Of a DNA stretch of 64,000 nt, positions 42,997 through 51,306 are shown piece after piece. The notes below the pieces were generated by a model. That model was given only the letters and a program-made list of their open reading frames with translations. It did not search any database and was not told the origin of the DNA. Every line of letters starts with the position of its first letter. Position 1 is the stretch's first letter. This DNA comes from Bacillota bacterium (GTDB taxonomy: Bacteria; Bacillota; Clostridia; Christensenellales; UBA1242), in contig WRCD01000001.1 in assembly GCA_009784185.1 (NCBI GenBank), forward strand, positions 129,698 to 193,697, read 5' to 3'. The position numbers and the translations under genes are program-made.

Positions 42997-45870
42997 TTAC
43001 TGTGCTTCTGCTCGTATTACTTCCACCGGCTGCTTGCGGGCTATCCTTAATATCGGCAATGTTATGGAAATTGCTACACCTGCAACGGTTACGGCGGCCA
43101 TCAGCAATACCTGCCGTACGCTGAATGCAACTATGCTGTACATCTCGGCAATCTGCCCCAGCTGTGACACAAAGAATTCGTTAAGGAAGAAGTAGCCTAG
43201 ATAGCATGAGACACTTGCAAGGATTATCATAATTAGTGCAATAAACGCGCCCTCGGTTATAAATATACCTGCAATATCTTTCTGGCGGGCGCCGAGGCTG
43301 CGTAATATACCAATGTCTTTTTTCCTTGCATTAATAGAGGCCGCTATAAACGAATAGGTCAGCAGAACCGAAAACAGTGTAAATACTATTGCGGACAAAC
43401 TGAATACGCCTACAAACAAACTGAACATATTGTTAAGAAAATAAATTTCCTGTGCGCTGCTGCTCCATATTACAAAACTGAAAATCCTGTCCGGGGCATC
43501 CTGTTCCTGGCTTGGTGTTGTAAACTTGCCGCTGCTGTTTAAAGTGTTTAGCAGCTGCATACGCTCCTGATATGTATCTGCCGGCACCAGGATATTGCCT
43601 ATAGGATAAATAATAAGCCGGTCATAAAAGTTTTGGGTTGCGTAAAAACACGGACCCAAATCGAGGTAGACTGCTACAATTTCATAACCACTGAGCTCTG
43701 CTTGTAAATTAACACCGCCGATATTGCGGTCTACCTTAAAGTTTATGTAGGCTCCGCCGCTGCTTATTCCCAATTCATCCATAATAGCAGCAAAGTCAAC
43801 AGTATTAATATTGCTGCTGTCCACAGTATATAAGGCCTGAAGCTCGCTTGGCAATAAATCAAGAAGCAACCTTACATCCACCACTACTTGTTTCTTGTTG
43901 TAGCCGGGTTCGTTCGGGTTATATGGGGCAAGGTCTGCCTCGGTAAATCCGTTTATAGGAATTGTATTTGTATACCAATACGGATATAGTCCGTCCGACC
44001 TGAAAAAGCTATCCATAGCGGTGTGGTTGGGTGCGTGAGTTACTGTTTGCCCTGTGGTTGAACTCTGGCCGGGCAAGGTGAGGGATAATTCAATTCCGGT
44101 TTGCAGATACAGCTTGCTGCTGTGCCTCATTAAATTGTGATAATAACCGGGCAGTGCATAATAATTGTTGAGGTATGTACTCCATGCGTTTGCTGCCTGC
44201 GGCCATACAGCTTTTTGTTCAGATGTGGCGGGAGTGGTCTGGCGCACAGTAGGCATCAGGAGCGCATATGGGCTAAGGTCAAAATCTATCATGCCCACAA
44301 TACGCATTGTACGCCACCGGGTGTGGTCATCGTTAGAGTTTGGAAACTGATGTTCGGCCCAGGAAGTGCCGCCTCTGTCATAGCCTTCCCAAATGGCGCG
44401 TTCATAAATTTGTGAAAACTCGGTCAGTTTTGTAACGCTTCCCGGCGTGCCTGCCGGCGTAACTACTCCATATAGTCTTTCTATGCTGGTTGTTCCGTCT
44501 ATAATCAGTTCAATGCCGTATCGCAGATACCGCTCAAACATAAAGTTGGTTATAACAACCTCATTAAAGTTAGCCGGCCATCTGCCTGCGGATAGTGTTA
44601 GCCCCAGGGCTTCGGGAGAGTCGGTTTCAACAACGCCCTGCACAACGGTGCCCAAAAAATTGTAATACGGAATTAATGTGGGCTGAAAAACATGGTTGGG
44701 GTTGGCGCCGTTAAACGGCAGCTGATATTTTACCGCGTGCGGCAGATTAAGTTTTTTAAATTCGTCAAGATGCTCCGGCTCAATTATGCGGCGCTCCTGG
44801 CTTGGCACGAATCCTTCTTCCTTGGTTTCCATCATTGCAAGCGGCACAAACGGCAGGCCCGACCGCTCAATTTCCTGCTGCATTACATTGTTTACATTAA
44901 ATTGAGCCACCATGTCGGCAAAACCGAAAAACGCAATTGCAAACATAGACAGGCATATTGTAAACAGCACCCGCACCCATTTAGCGCGCATGCTCATCAG
45001 CGACAGTTTAAACGAAGACTTAAACGGCAGTTTTACTTTTGTGTCCAGGTTGATTGGGGCAGCGGCTGCCGGCCTAAGGGCTGCAGGTTTTGGCTTTGTG
45101 TTTTTAACCAGAACAACTTTTTTACCGGCGTTAAGAAGTTTGTCCAACTCTTTTTTATTAACCTTGTCAACGGATAATTTAACGGTTTCGTTTGTGCCGT
45201 CACCGTGATAGGCGGCTGATATTTTTCCGTCAGACAGTTCAATAATCCGGTCTGCATAAGTATGAGCAGAATCCAGGTCGTGACTGATAACTATAACCAG
45301 ATTTGTTTTTGATAACTGCTGTAAAAGATTGAATATTTCTTTGCTGGTTACACTGTCCAGGTTTCCGGTGGGCTCATCCGCTAAGATTATTTTAGGGTTT
45401 TTAATTAGCGCACGTGCAATTGCAACACGCTGCTTCTGTCCGCCCGATACACCTCTGGCGTAGCGGTTTTCAAAGCCGGCCAGCCCAACCTTATCTAATG
45501 CTGCCGCAATCTGTGCTGCTGCGGCCTCCTGCTGCCCGATTTCAAGTGCAAGGCTCAGGTTCTGCCCGATAGTGTATTTCTCAATTATATGAAATTCCTG
45601 AAACACAAAGCCGATATTCAAAGCGCGGTATGCGTCACGCTCATTAGCGGAAAAATCTTTGGTTGACTTACCATTGACCTTAAGCTCTCCGCTGTCGTAG
45701 CTATCCAACAGACCAAGCATGTTTAATAAGGTAGACTTTCCGCTGCCGGATTTGCCCACAATAAAAACTAAGCCGGTTTCAGGCAAACTAAAACTAACAC
45801 CCTTAAGCGCGTCAACGTTGCGCCCGGTTTTACTAACGTATGATTTATGTAAATTGATAAACTCAATCAT
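42997..45870 (-). CDS. MacB-like ABC transporter, fused ATPase + FtsX-type permease with a large extracytoplasmic domain
   Basis: N-terminal NBD (GKSGSGKST, VSGGQKQR, ILADEPT). C-terminal FtsX region (RKKDIGILRSLGARQKDI plus TM helices). Confidence 0.85.
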   Translation of the reverse strand: MIEFINLHKSYVSKTGRNVDALKGVSFSLPETGLVFIVGKSGSGKSTLLNMLGLLDSYDSGELKVNGKSTKDFSANERDAYRALNIGFVFQEFHIIEKYTIGQNLSLALEIGQQEAAAAQIAAALDKVGLAGFENRYARGVSGGQKQRVAIARALIKNPKIILADEPTGNLDSVTSKEIFNLLQQLSKTNLVIVISHDLDSAHTYADRIIELSDGKISAAYHGDGTNETVKLSVDKVNKKELDKLLNAGKKVVLVKNTKPKPAALRPAAAAPINLDTKVKLPFKSSFKLSLMSMRAKWVRVLFTICLSMFAIAFFGFADMVAQFNVNNVMQQEIERSGLPFVPLAMMETKEEGFVPSQERRIIEPEHLDEFKKLNLPHAVKYQLPFNGANPNHVFQPTLIPYYNFLGTVVQGVVETDSPEALGLTLSAGRWPANFNEVVITNFMFERYLRYGIELIIDGTTSIERLYGVVTPAGTPGSVTKLTEFSQIYERAIWEGYDRGGTSWAEHQFPNSNDDHTRWRTMRIVGMIDFDLSPYALLMPTVRQTTPATSEQKAVWPQAANAWSTYLNNYYALPGYYHNLMRHSSKLYLQTGIELSLTLPGQSSTTGQTVTHAPNHTAMDSFFRSDGLYPYWYTNTIPINGFTEADLAPYNPNEPGYNKKQVVVDVRLLLDLLPSELQALYTVDSSNINTVDFAAIMDELGISSGGAYINFKVDRNIGGVNLQAELSGYEIVAVYLDLGPCFYATQNFYDRLIIYPIGNILVPADTYQERMQLLNTLNSSGKFTTPSQEQDAPDRIFSFVIWSSSAQEIYFLNNMFSLFVGVFSLSAIVFTLFSVLLTYSFIAASINARKKDIGILRSLGARQKDIAGIFITEGAFIALIMIILASVSCYLGYFFLNEFFVSQLGQIAEMYSIVAFSVRQVLLMAAVTVAGVAISITLPILRIARKQPVEVIRAEAQ

Positions 45871-45980
45871 AACTGTATTATATCATGCAAGAAGCTAAAA
45901 AACAAAATATTAAAAATGTATAGTTTTCAATTTTCCGCTTGCAAGTTTGCAGTAAGTGTTGTATAATAGGGGAACCATTT

Positions 45981-46067
45981 GGAGAGGTACCGAAGCGGTC
46001 ATAACGGGGCGGTCTTGAAAACCGTTAGACGTAAGTCACGGGGGTTCGAATCCCTCCCTCTCCGCCA
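45981..46067 (+). tRNA. tRNA-Ser (anticodon UGA), CCA-encoded
   Basis: Acceptor stem GGAGAGG/CCTCTCC and anticodon loop CTTGAAA (TGA at 46016-46018). It has a long variable arm, a T-loop GGTTCGAATCC and a 3' GCCA. TTGCAA/TATAAT lie upstream. Confidence 0.9.
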
Positions 46068-46157
46068 ATGGCGACAGAGTTTGAACACCCGGGTTCAAAC
46101 GCAATTACCACCAGCCCGCCAAACTACATGGTGATAAAAATAAAAAGGAGAATAAAA

Positions 46158-46916
46158 ATGGCAGACAAAAAACTGGAAACAGAAATCAAAAAAGCCTTTG
46201 CTTTTATGGACGAAGGGAAAATTGATGAGGCAAAGGAAATTCTCTTAAACCTATGGGACGATAAAGAAAAGGAAAATGTAAAAATTCTGTGGGGGCTGGC
46301 TTGCACGTTTACGCCGGGTGTTGGAGTTAAATCATTTACCGATATAATCCAAAGCAAATCCCAAAGCATTTCCGCAGAAGAAAAGGAGCTTTACGACCAG
46401 CTGGGAACAACAAAATACTCTATGATTTTTGCAAGCATACTTATAAAGGACTACGAGCGTCTTGAATATTTTTGCGCAAACTTTAACAACAACATGAAAA
46501 CCCCTGTAAAAGAATTTCTTGACGTAACGGTAACAATTGGCGACAAACCGTTTACATATCTTGCGGCGGCAACAAACAACAATGATGAAATAGCAGTTAA
46601 AATACTGCTAAAGTACGGTGCATCTCCGCTAACACAGCACAACAACCGTCCGGCTGTGGTTACGGCAATTATGAGCGAAAAACTAGGCATTGCAGGGTTA
46701 ATGATGGAAGTGCCGGGTGTAGAAGACTTTGTGTTGAGTTATGCCGTTACCACGTATCCTATCAGGCAGGGCTTAATGGAGAGTGCTATTTATCAGTGCA
46801 GCGGAGCAACAGCCAAGTTTTTGTTAGACTATGGTGCGGACAAAAAAGCTGCGCTTGCTTATGCTAAGTCTAACAAGCACAAAAATATGTTTAAGTTTAT
46901 CAGGAATTTAAAATGA
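46158..46916 (+). CDS. Ankyrin-repeat protein
   Basis: The start has an AAAAGGAGA SD; the ORF-track start at 46068 abuts the tRNA and is rejected. ANK-like repeats: TYLAAATNNNDEIAVKILLKYGASPLTQHN and ESAIYQCSGATAKFLLDYGADK. Confidence 0.65.
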   Translation: MADKKLETEIKKAFAFMDEGKIDEAKEILLNLWDDKEKENVKILWGLACTFTPGVGVKSFTDIIQSKSQSISAEEKELYDQLGTTKYSMIFASILIKDYERLEYFCANFNNNMKTPVKEFLDVTVTIGDKPFTYLAAATNNNDEIAVKILLKYGASPLTQHNNRPAVVTAIMSEKLGIAGLMMEVPGVEDFVLSYAVTTYPIRQGLMESAIYQCSGATAKFLLDYGADKKAALAYAKSNKHKNMFKFIRNLK

Positions 46917-47620
46917 GCGTGTTCAGACGGATTGCAGAATATATCCCTCTGGCCGTTGCGGCAGCAGCGCTTGCGCTGTTCTTTGTTTTTGGCGGGCTTA
47001 GCGGCATAGATATTATTCTGTATACTGCCGTATTATGGCTGTGCCCGGCATTGTTGTTTATTTTTGCCGTTTACAATAAGTCAATGTTTGAAACTCCCCG
47101 GTTTATTATTTATCTGGTGGGCGGCATATTAACTGCGGTGTTTGTAATTACAATGTACGTAATACACGCCATAAGTGCCGACATCCTTGCGGATTTATGG
47201 TGGCATATTGCCAATATGCTGCTGTTTTTTGTAAGCGGACCGATTGCCATGATTATTATGGCGGTAAGAGATACGGAAACCAAGAAAGCCTTGCCGCTTG
47301 CAATATTTATTCCGCCTATTGCCGTTTTTGTTCTTTTGGGCTATCTGCTTATGCTTGCGGGCGTTATTGCGGGGTCATCAGGCTCAAACACTAAGTCAGG
47401 CGGCAGCAGAAGCGTGTCACCTGCATCAGGCACCGGCGGGGCAACAAATGTTGGGGATGACGCAGTGTGTATTGAAAAAGCGGGGCTGCTGCATCAGTAC
47501 CTTATATTAAAAGACGGCCGCAGAATTCAGCTTTATGATTACAACGGCGCAACCGGTATGGCAACAGATTATCACGGCAACAAATATTCCGGGCTATCCA
47601 AAACGCCTATTAGAGAATAA
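46913..47620 (+). CDS. Integral membrane protein with a Gly/Ser linker and a small C-terminal soluble domain
   Basis: ATGA overlap with the ankyrin gene. About 5 hydrophobic helices. No recognised motif. Confidence 0.6.
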   Translation: MSVFRRIAEYIPLAVAAAALALFFVFGGLSGIDIILYTAVLWLCPALLFIFAVYNKSMFETPRFIIYLVGGILTAVFVITMYVIHAISADILADLWWHIANMLLFFVSGPIAMIIMAVRDTETKKALPLAIFIPPIAVFVLLGYLLMLAGVIAGSSGSNTKSGGSRSVSPASGTGGATNVGDDAVCIEKAGLLHQYLILKDGRRIQLYDYNGATGMATDYHGNKYSGLSKTPIRE

Positions 47621-47622
47621 AC

Positions 47623-47646
47623 AACAGGCGTTTAGCCTGTTTTTCT
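47623..47646 (+). terminator. Rho-independent terminator
   Basis: ACAGGC-gttta-GCCTGT followed by TTTT. Confidence 0.7.
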
Positions 47647-47705
47647 TTGGTTTATACTCTTGTTTTGTGGTATAATAAGTTTATTATCAATAGGGGATAC
47701 AAAAG

Positions 47706-48791
47706 ATGATGGCGAATGAGAAAATAGAACACACCCCGCCTTCGGCACCCCTCTCAAGAGGGGAATTATTGGCAGGAACGGGTAATGACAGGGTGGGAAT
47801 AAAGCAAAGGATTGTTACGTGCGTGCTGGTGCCGGTTATGGTGCTTGCGCTTGTGCTTGCAGTTTTTGGTGCGTATCTGCTTGCTCCGCTAAAGGGCGAG
47901 GTGCGTGGGTATTACTGGAATGAATTCACGCCGTTTAGTTTAGCACACGGGCAGAGCATAGATGTTGGCGGCGAGGACTACAACATATTGCTGCTTACCG
48001 ATTTTCATTATCCGCTGTCGGGTGCTAAAACAGATGCGCTTATAAAAACAATGGTGGAAGAGAATAATCCGGACCTGATTGTGCTGGTGGGGGACCAGGT
48101 TTTTAGTCCGTTTAACCATTTCAGTTACCGGCATTTAATCAACCTTTTTGATTCGTTTAAAGTGCCTTGGGCACCGGTGTTTGGCAACCATGACGAAGAA
48201 GGCAAGGCAGATAAGCAATACTTAGCCAATATGCTTGAAGAAAGCGAGTACTGTATGTTTCAGTACGGCCCCAGAATTACAGGTGCCGGCAATTATTTTA
48301 TAAACCTGACTAACGGAGCAGATATTATTTACACCTTGTTCTTTTTAGATTCGTTCAGTTCGTTTTGGGAAAGCGGATACAGGCCATATACTGCCGACCA
48401 GGTAAGCTGGCTGAAATGGGCTGCTAGCGGGATAGCAGCGGAAGCAGGCAAAAAGGTGCCGTCGGTTGTGTATGGGCATATACCTGTGCCGGAGTTTACT
48501 CCTGCTTTTAATGAAGCGTTTGCCTCGGGCACAGTTATTCACGGGCAGCAGCTTGAGCCAAACGGACACAGCAATATTAACAACGGCTTGTTTGCCGCCA
48601 TAAAAGATATAGGTGCCGAGTATATGTTTTGCGGGCATGAGCACGTAAACGATTTTATGGTAGAGTATCAGGGCGTTAAGCTGGCTTATGTATTATCCGG
48701 CGGGGTGGGCGGCTACGGCAACATCTTGGGCGGAACGATGTTTACCGTAAAGCCGGATGCAAGCACAACAGTGGTTAACAAACCGTATTAA
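47706..48791 (+). CDS. Calcineurin-like metallophosphoesterase with an N-terminal TM anchor
   Basis: Motifs DFHY, GDQV, GNHDEEG, GHIP and GHEH. A GGGGA SD lies 9 nt before the ATG. Codons ~9-22 derive from a repeat unit. Confidence 0.8.
   Translation: MMANEKIEHTPPSAPLSRGELLAGTGNDRVGIKQRIVTCVLVPVMVLALVLAVFGAYLLAPLKGEVRGYYWNEFTPFSLAHGQSIDVGGEDYNILLLTDFHYPLSGAKTDALIKTMVEENNPDLIVLVGDQVFSPFNHFSYRHLINLFDSFKVPWAPVFGNHDEEGKADKQYLANMLEESEYCMFQYGPRITGAGNYFINLTNGADIIYTLFFLDSFSSFWESGYRPYTADQVSWLKWAASGIAAEAGKKVPSVVYGHIPVPEFTPAFNEAFASGTVIHGQQLEPNGHSNINNGLFAAIKDIGAEYMFCGHEHVNDFMVEYQGVKLAYVLSGGVGGYGNILGGTMFTVKPDASTTVVNKPY
47729..47768. repeat. GGGGAATT-family repeat, single unit inside the 5' end of a CDS
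   Basis: ACACACCCC-[GCC-ttc-GGC]-A-[CCCCTCT-ca-AGAGGGG]-AATTATT. Confidence 0.8.
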
Positions 48792-48887
48792 TTCCCCCTT
48801 TAGCAAAGGGGTGCCGGCTGAGCGAACGGGGTTCCACCATAATTCCCCTCTAGAGAGGGGTGTCGGGCGAAGCCTGACGGGGTGTGT
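48790..48887. repeat. GGGGAATT-family repeat, two tandem same-orientation units
   Basis: AATTCCCCCTTTagcAAAGGGGT-GCCGGCtgagcgaAC-GGGGTTCC, then AATTCCCCTCTagAGAGGGGT-GTCGGGCgaaGCCTGAC-GGGGTGTG. The first unit starts in the stop codon at 48789-48791. Confidence 0.85.
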
Positions 48888-48899
48888 TTGCGTTAAAGT

Positions 48900-49049
48900 T
48901 TGTTTAAATACAAAAACGATGATTTGCCCTATAACCCAAAACTAAAACAGTATGCGTCAAAGCTGCGTAAGGCGGGTAATCTGTCTGAGGTTTTGCTGTG
49001 GCAACAGTTAAAGAGAAAGCAATTGAATGGCTTTTTCTTTAGTAGATAA
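48900..49049 (+). pseudogene. Truncated DUF559 (Vsr-like endonuclease domain) gene remnant
   Basis: The frame encodes ...DDLPYNPKLKQYASKLRKAGNLSEVLLWQQLKRKQLNGFFFSR*. This matches the conserved N-terminal leader of DUF559 proteins but stops before the nuclease core. A repeat unit abuts the break. Confidence 0.55.
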
Positions 49050-49054
49050 AAGGT

Positions 49055-49106
49055 CACAACCCCCGTCGGCTCCGCCGACACCCCCTTGGCTCAAGGGGGA
49101 ATTTTA
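49055..49106. repeat. GGGGAATT-family repeat, single unit
   Basis: CACAACCCCC-[GTCGGC-tcc-GCCGAC]-A-[CCCCCTTG-gct-CAAGGGGG]-AATTTTATTT. Confidence 0.85.
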
Positions 49107-49109
49107 TTT

Positions 49110-49159
49110 GGAGCGAAAGCGACCTATAATTATTAAGTATTCAATATTCATTATTCATT
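49110..49159. repeat. Heptamer-arm repeat family, right half
   Basis: GGAGCGAAAGCGACC-TATAATT-(ATTAAGT)(ATTCAAT)(ATTCATT)(ATTCATT). The core is identical to the copy at 29973. Confidence 0.8.
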
Positions 49160-49171
49160 AAAAAGAGCCGT

Positions 49172-49804
49172 TTACGGCTCTTTTTGTACCATTTCTTTTA
49201 CTTTCATCAGGCGCACGCGGCTGCCGCGCTCGTTTTCCTCCAGCTTCATGCCAATGTACTTAATTGTTTCATGCAGGTCGGGAATCACCACGTGCTCAAG
49301 CGCGTTTATCCGCCGGCGGTTTTTTTCTATTTCAGCCGCCAGCAACACACAGGTTTTTTCTGTTGCTGCCAGCTGGATAATTTTTATCAGCAATCTGCTT
49401 ATTGTGCTTACGGCATAGTCCAGCTGACTTGAGGTGGTTAAAAAGCTATATGGAAGTGCGCCGGTGTTTTTAACCTCTATATCAAAAAATTCCGGCACGT
49501 CCAGGCCCATAATTGTGGTTTTGCTAGGGACGAAGCTGTAACTCATAACCGGAGTGCTGAGCGCCTCCTCAATGGCCTTTGGAGGCATGGCGGCACGCGC
49601 CATACTAAACGCCCGCTGCGCCTGCTCCAGTTCATGTTCCAGTTCTTCACGTATTTTTTTGTTCTCAAAAATGTAATTCATAAACTGACGAATCATTTCG
49701 TCACTTTTGTCTTTTAACAGTTTATGCCCCCTTACCGCCATTTTGCGCCGCGCTTTAAGTTTGCGCTGCTCCATACGGGTGGAGTTTACATTTAACTTGG
49801 CCAT
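49172..49804 (-). CDS. ntpD: V-type ATPase subunit D
   Basis: 210 aa coiled-coil protein starting MAKLNVNSTRMEQRKLKARRKMAVRGHKLLKDK. It is the last gene of the operon, and the terminator hairpin AAAAAGAGCCG-ttta-CGGCTCTTTTT spans its stop. Confidence 0.88.
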   Translation of the reverse strand: MAKLNVNSTRMEQRKLKARRKMAVRGHKLLKDKSDEMIRQFMNYIFENKKIREELEHELEQAQRAFSMARAAMPPKAIEEALSTPVMSYSFVPSKTTIMGLDVPEFFDIEVKNTGALPYSFLTTSSQLDYAVSTISRLLIKIIQLAATEKTCVLLAAEIEKNRRRINALEHVVIPDLHETIKYIGMKLEENERGSRVRLMKVKEMVQKEP

Positions 49805-49821
49805 GAGTCTCCTTTGGAGAC

Positions 49822-49935
49822 AGGTAACAGGTAACAGGTAACAGGTAACAACTGCGGGTCACTTCGTTCCCAAAAAACACATATCGGAGCGTTAGCGACC
49901 AATCATTGTTAAGTGTTAAGTGTTAAGTGTTAAGT
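49822..49935. repeat. Heptamer-arm repeat family, complete element (between ntpB and ntpD)
   Basis: (AGGTAAC)x4 - GGGTCACTTCGTTCCC - 14 nt - GGAGCGTTAGCGACC - AATCATT - (GTTAAGT)x4. The last heptamer overlaps the ntpB stop. Confidence 0.85.
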
Positions 49936-51306
49936 GTCAGTCGGGTAGTATTTGTCTAAGATTTCAACCTTAATTCGTTTCAGTTCCGCTCTTGGCAGCA
50001 TTTTTAACAGCTTCCAGCCGAGGTCAAGTGTTTCATCAATATCACGGTTGGTATAAAAGCCTTGTGCAATATACTCTTTTTCAAAAGTATCCGCAAACTT
50101 GGCGTATAGCTTATCCAGGTCGGTAAGTGCCGCCTCGCCTAAAATGGCCGACAGTTCTTTGCTGTCTTTTCCGCGCGCATATGCCGCAAACAACTGGTTC
50201 ATAGTTCCGCTGTGGTCTTCACGCGTTTTGCCGGCACCAATGCCTTTGTCTTTAAGTCTTGACAAACTCGGCAGCACGTCAATCGGCGGAGTAATTTTTG
50301 CCTTGGTCAGCTCGCGCGAAAGCATAATTTGGCCTTCGGTAATATATCCGGTAAGGTCGGGTATGGGGTGAGTTTTGTCGTCCTCGGGCATGGTTAATAT
50401 CGGCATAAGCGTAATGCTGCCGGGCACTGCTTTTATTATTCCCGCACGCTCGTAAAGAGAGGCTAAGTCTGTATACATATAGCCTGGGTATCCGCGTCTG
50501 CCGGGCACTTCTTTTCTTGCCGCAGATACTTCACGCAATGCTTCTGCGTAGTTTGTTATATCGGTGATAATTACCAGCACGTGCATTCCCAATTCAAAAG
50601 CCAGATACTCGGCGCAGGTAAGTGCAAGGCGCGGAGTAGCAATACGCTCCAGCGCAGGGTCGTTAGCAAGGTTCATAAACAGTACCGCGCGCTCAATTGC
50701 GCCGGTTTTTCTAAAGTCCTGAGTAAAGTAATCAAATTCTTCATATGTAATTCCAACCGCCGCAAAAACAACCGCAAACCGGGTGTCCTGACTCAGCACT
50801 TTTGCCTGCCGTGCAACCTGAGCCGCAAGCTGGGCGTGCGGCAGACCGCTCATGCTGAATACCGGCAGCTTCTGCCCGCGCACCAATGTGTTAAGCCCGT
50901 CTATGGCAGACACGCCTGTCTGTATAAATTCGTTCGGGTGCTGCCTTGCTGTAGGATTGATAGGTAAACCGTTTACGTCCAGGTTCTTATCCGGGATTAC
51001 ATCTCTGCCGCCGTCTCTCGGGCGCCCAAGTCCGTCAAACACCCGCCCAAGCATATCCCGTGACACTTTAAGCTCTAAGCCCTTGCCAAGAAAGCGCGCT
51101 TTGCTTGTGGCAATTTCCAGCCCCTGGCTGGACTCGAACAGCTGAACAACCGCATTGCTGCCGTTAACTTCCAGCACTTTTCCAAGGCGCACTTCGCCGC
51201 TGCTTTGCACAATTTCCACCAGTTCGTTGTACTTAACCCCTTCCACATTTTGCACCAGCATTAACGGGCCAACAACTTCTTTAAGTGTTTTATATTCTCT
51301 CAGCAT
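49930..51306 (-). CDS. ntpB: V-type ATPase subunit B
   Basis: 458 aa with conserved V1-B sequence ([31 protein letters not shown]). Confidence 0.93.
   Translation of the reverse strand: MLREYKTLKEVVGPLMLVQNVEGVKYNELVEIVQSSGEVRLGKVLEVNGSNAVVQLFESSQGLEIATSKARFLGKGLELKVSRDMLGRVFDGLGRPRDGGRDVIPDKNLDVNGLPINPTARQHPNEFIQTGVSAIDGLNTLVRGQKLPVFSMSGLPHAQLAAQVARQAKVLSQDTRFAVVFAAVGITYEEFDYFTQDFRKTGAIERAVLFMNLANDPALERIATPRLALTCAEYLAFELGMHVLVIITDITNYAEALREVSAARKEVPGRRGYPGYMYTDLASLYERAGIIKAVPGSITLMPILTMPEDDKTHPIPDLTGYITEGQIMLSRELTKAKITPPIDVLPSLSRLKDKGIGAGKTREDHSGTMNQLFAAYARGKDSKELSAILGEAALTDLDKLYAKFADTFEKEYIAQGFYTNRDIDETLDLGWKLLKMLPRAELKRIKVEILDKYYPTDT

Noticed and set aside
46068-46157. N-terminal extensions proposed by the ORF track: 46068 for the ankyrin gene, 60862 for fusA, 19446 for dnaX and 40715 for the methyltransferase.
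   Set aside because: The extensions start inside a tRNA 3' flank, inside a repeat element, inside a hairpin repeat and on a -35 hexamer, respectively. All lack SD sequences, and conserved N-termini with good SDs lie downstream.
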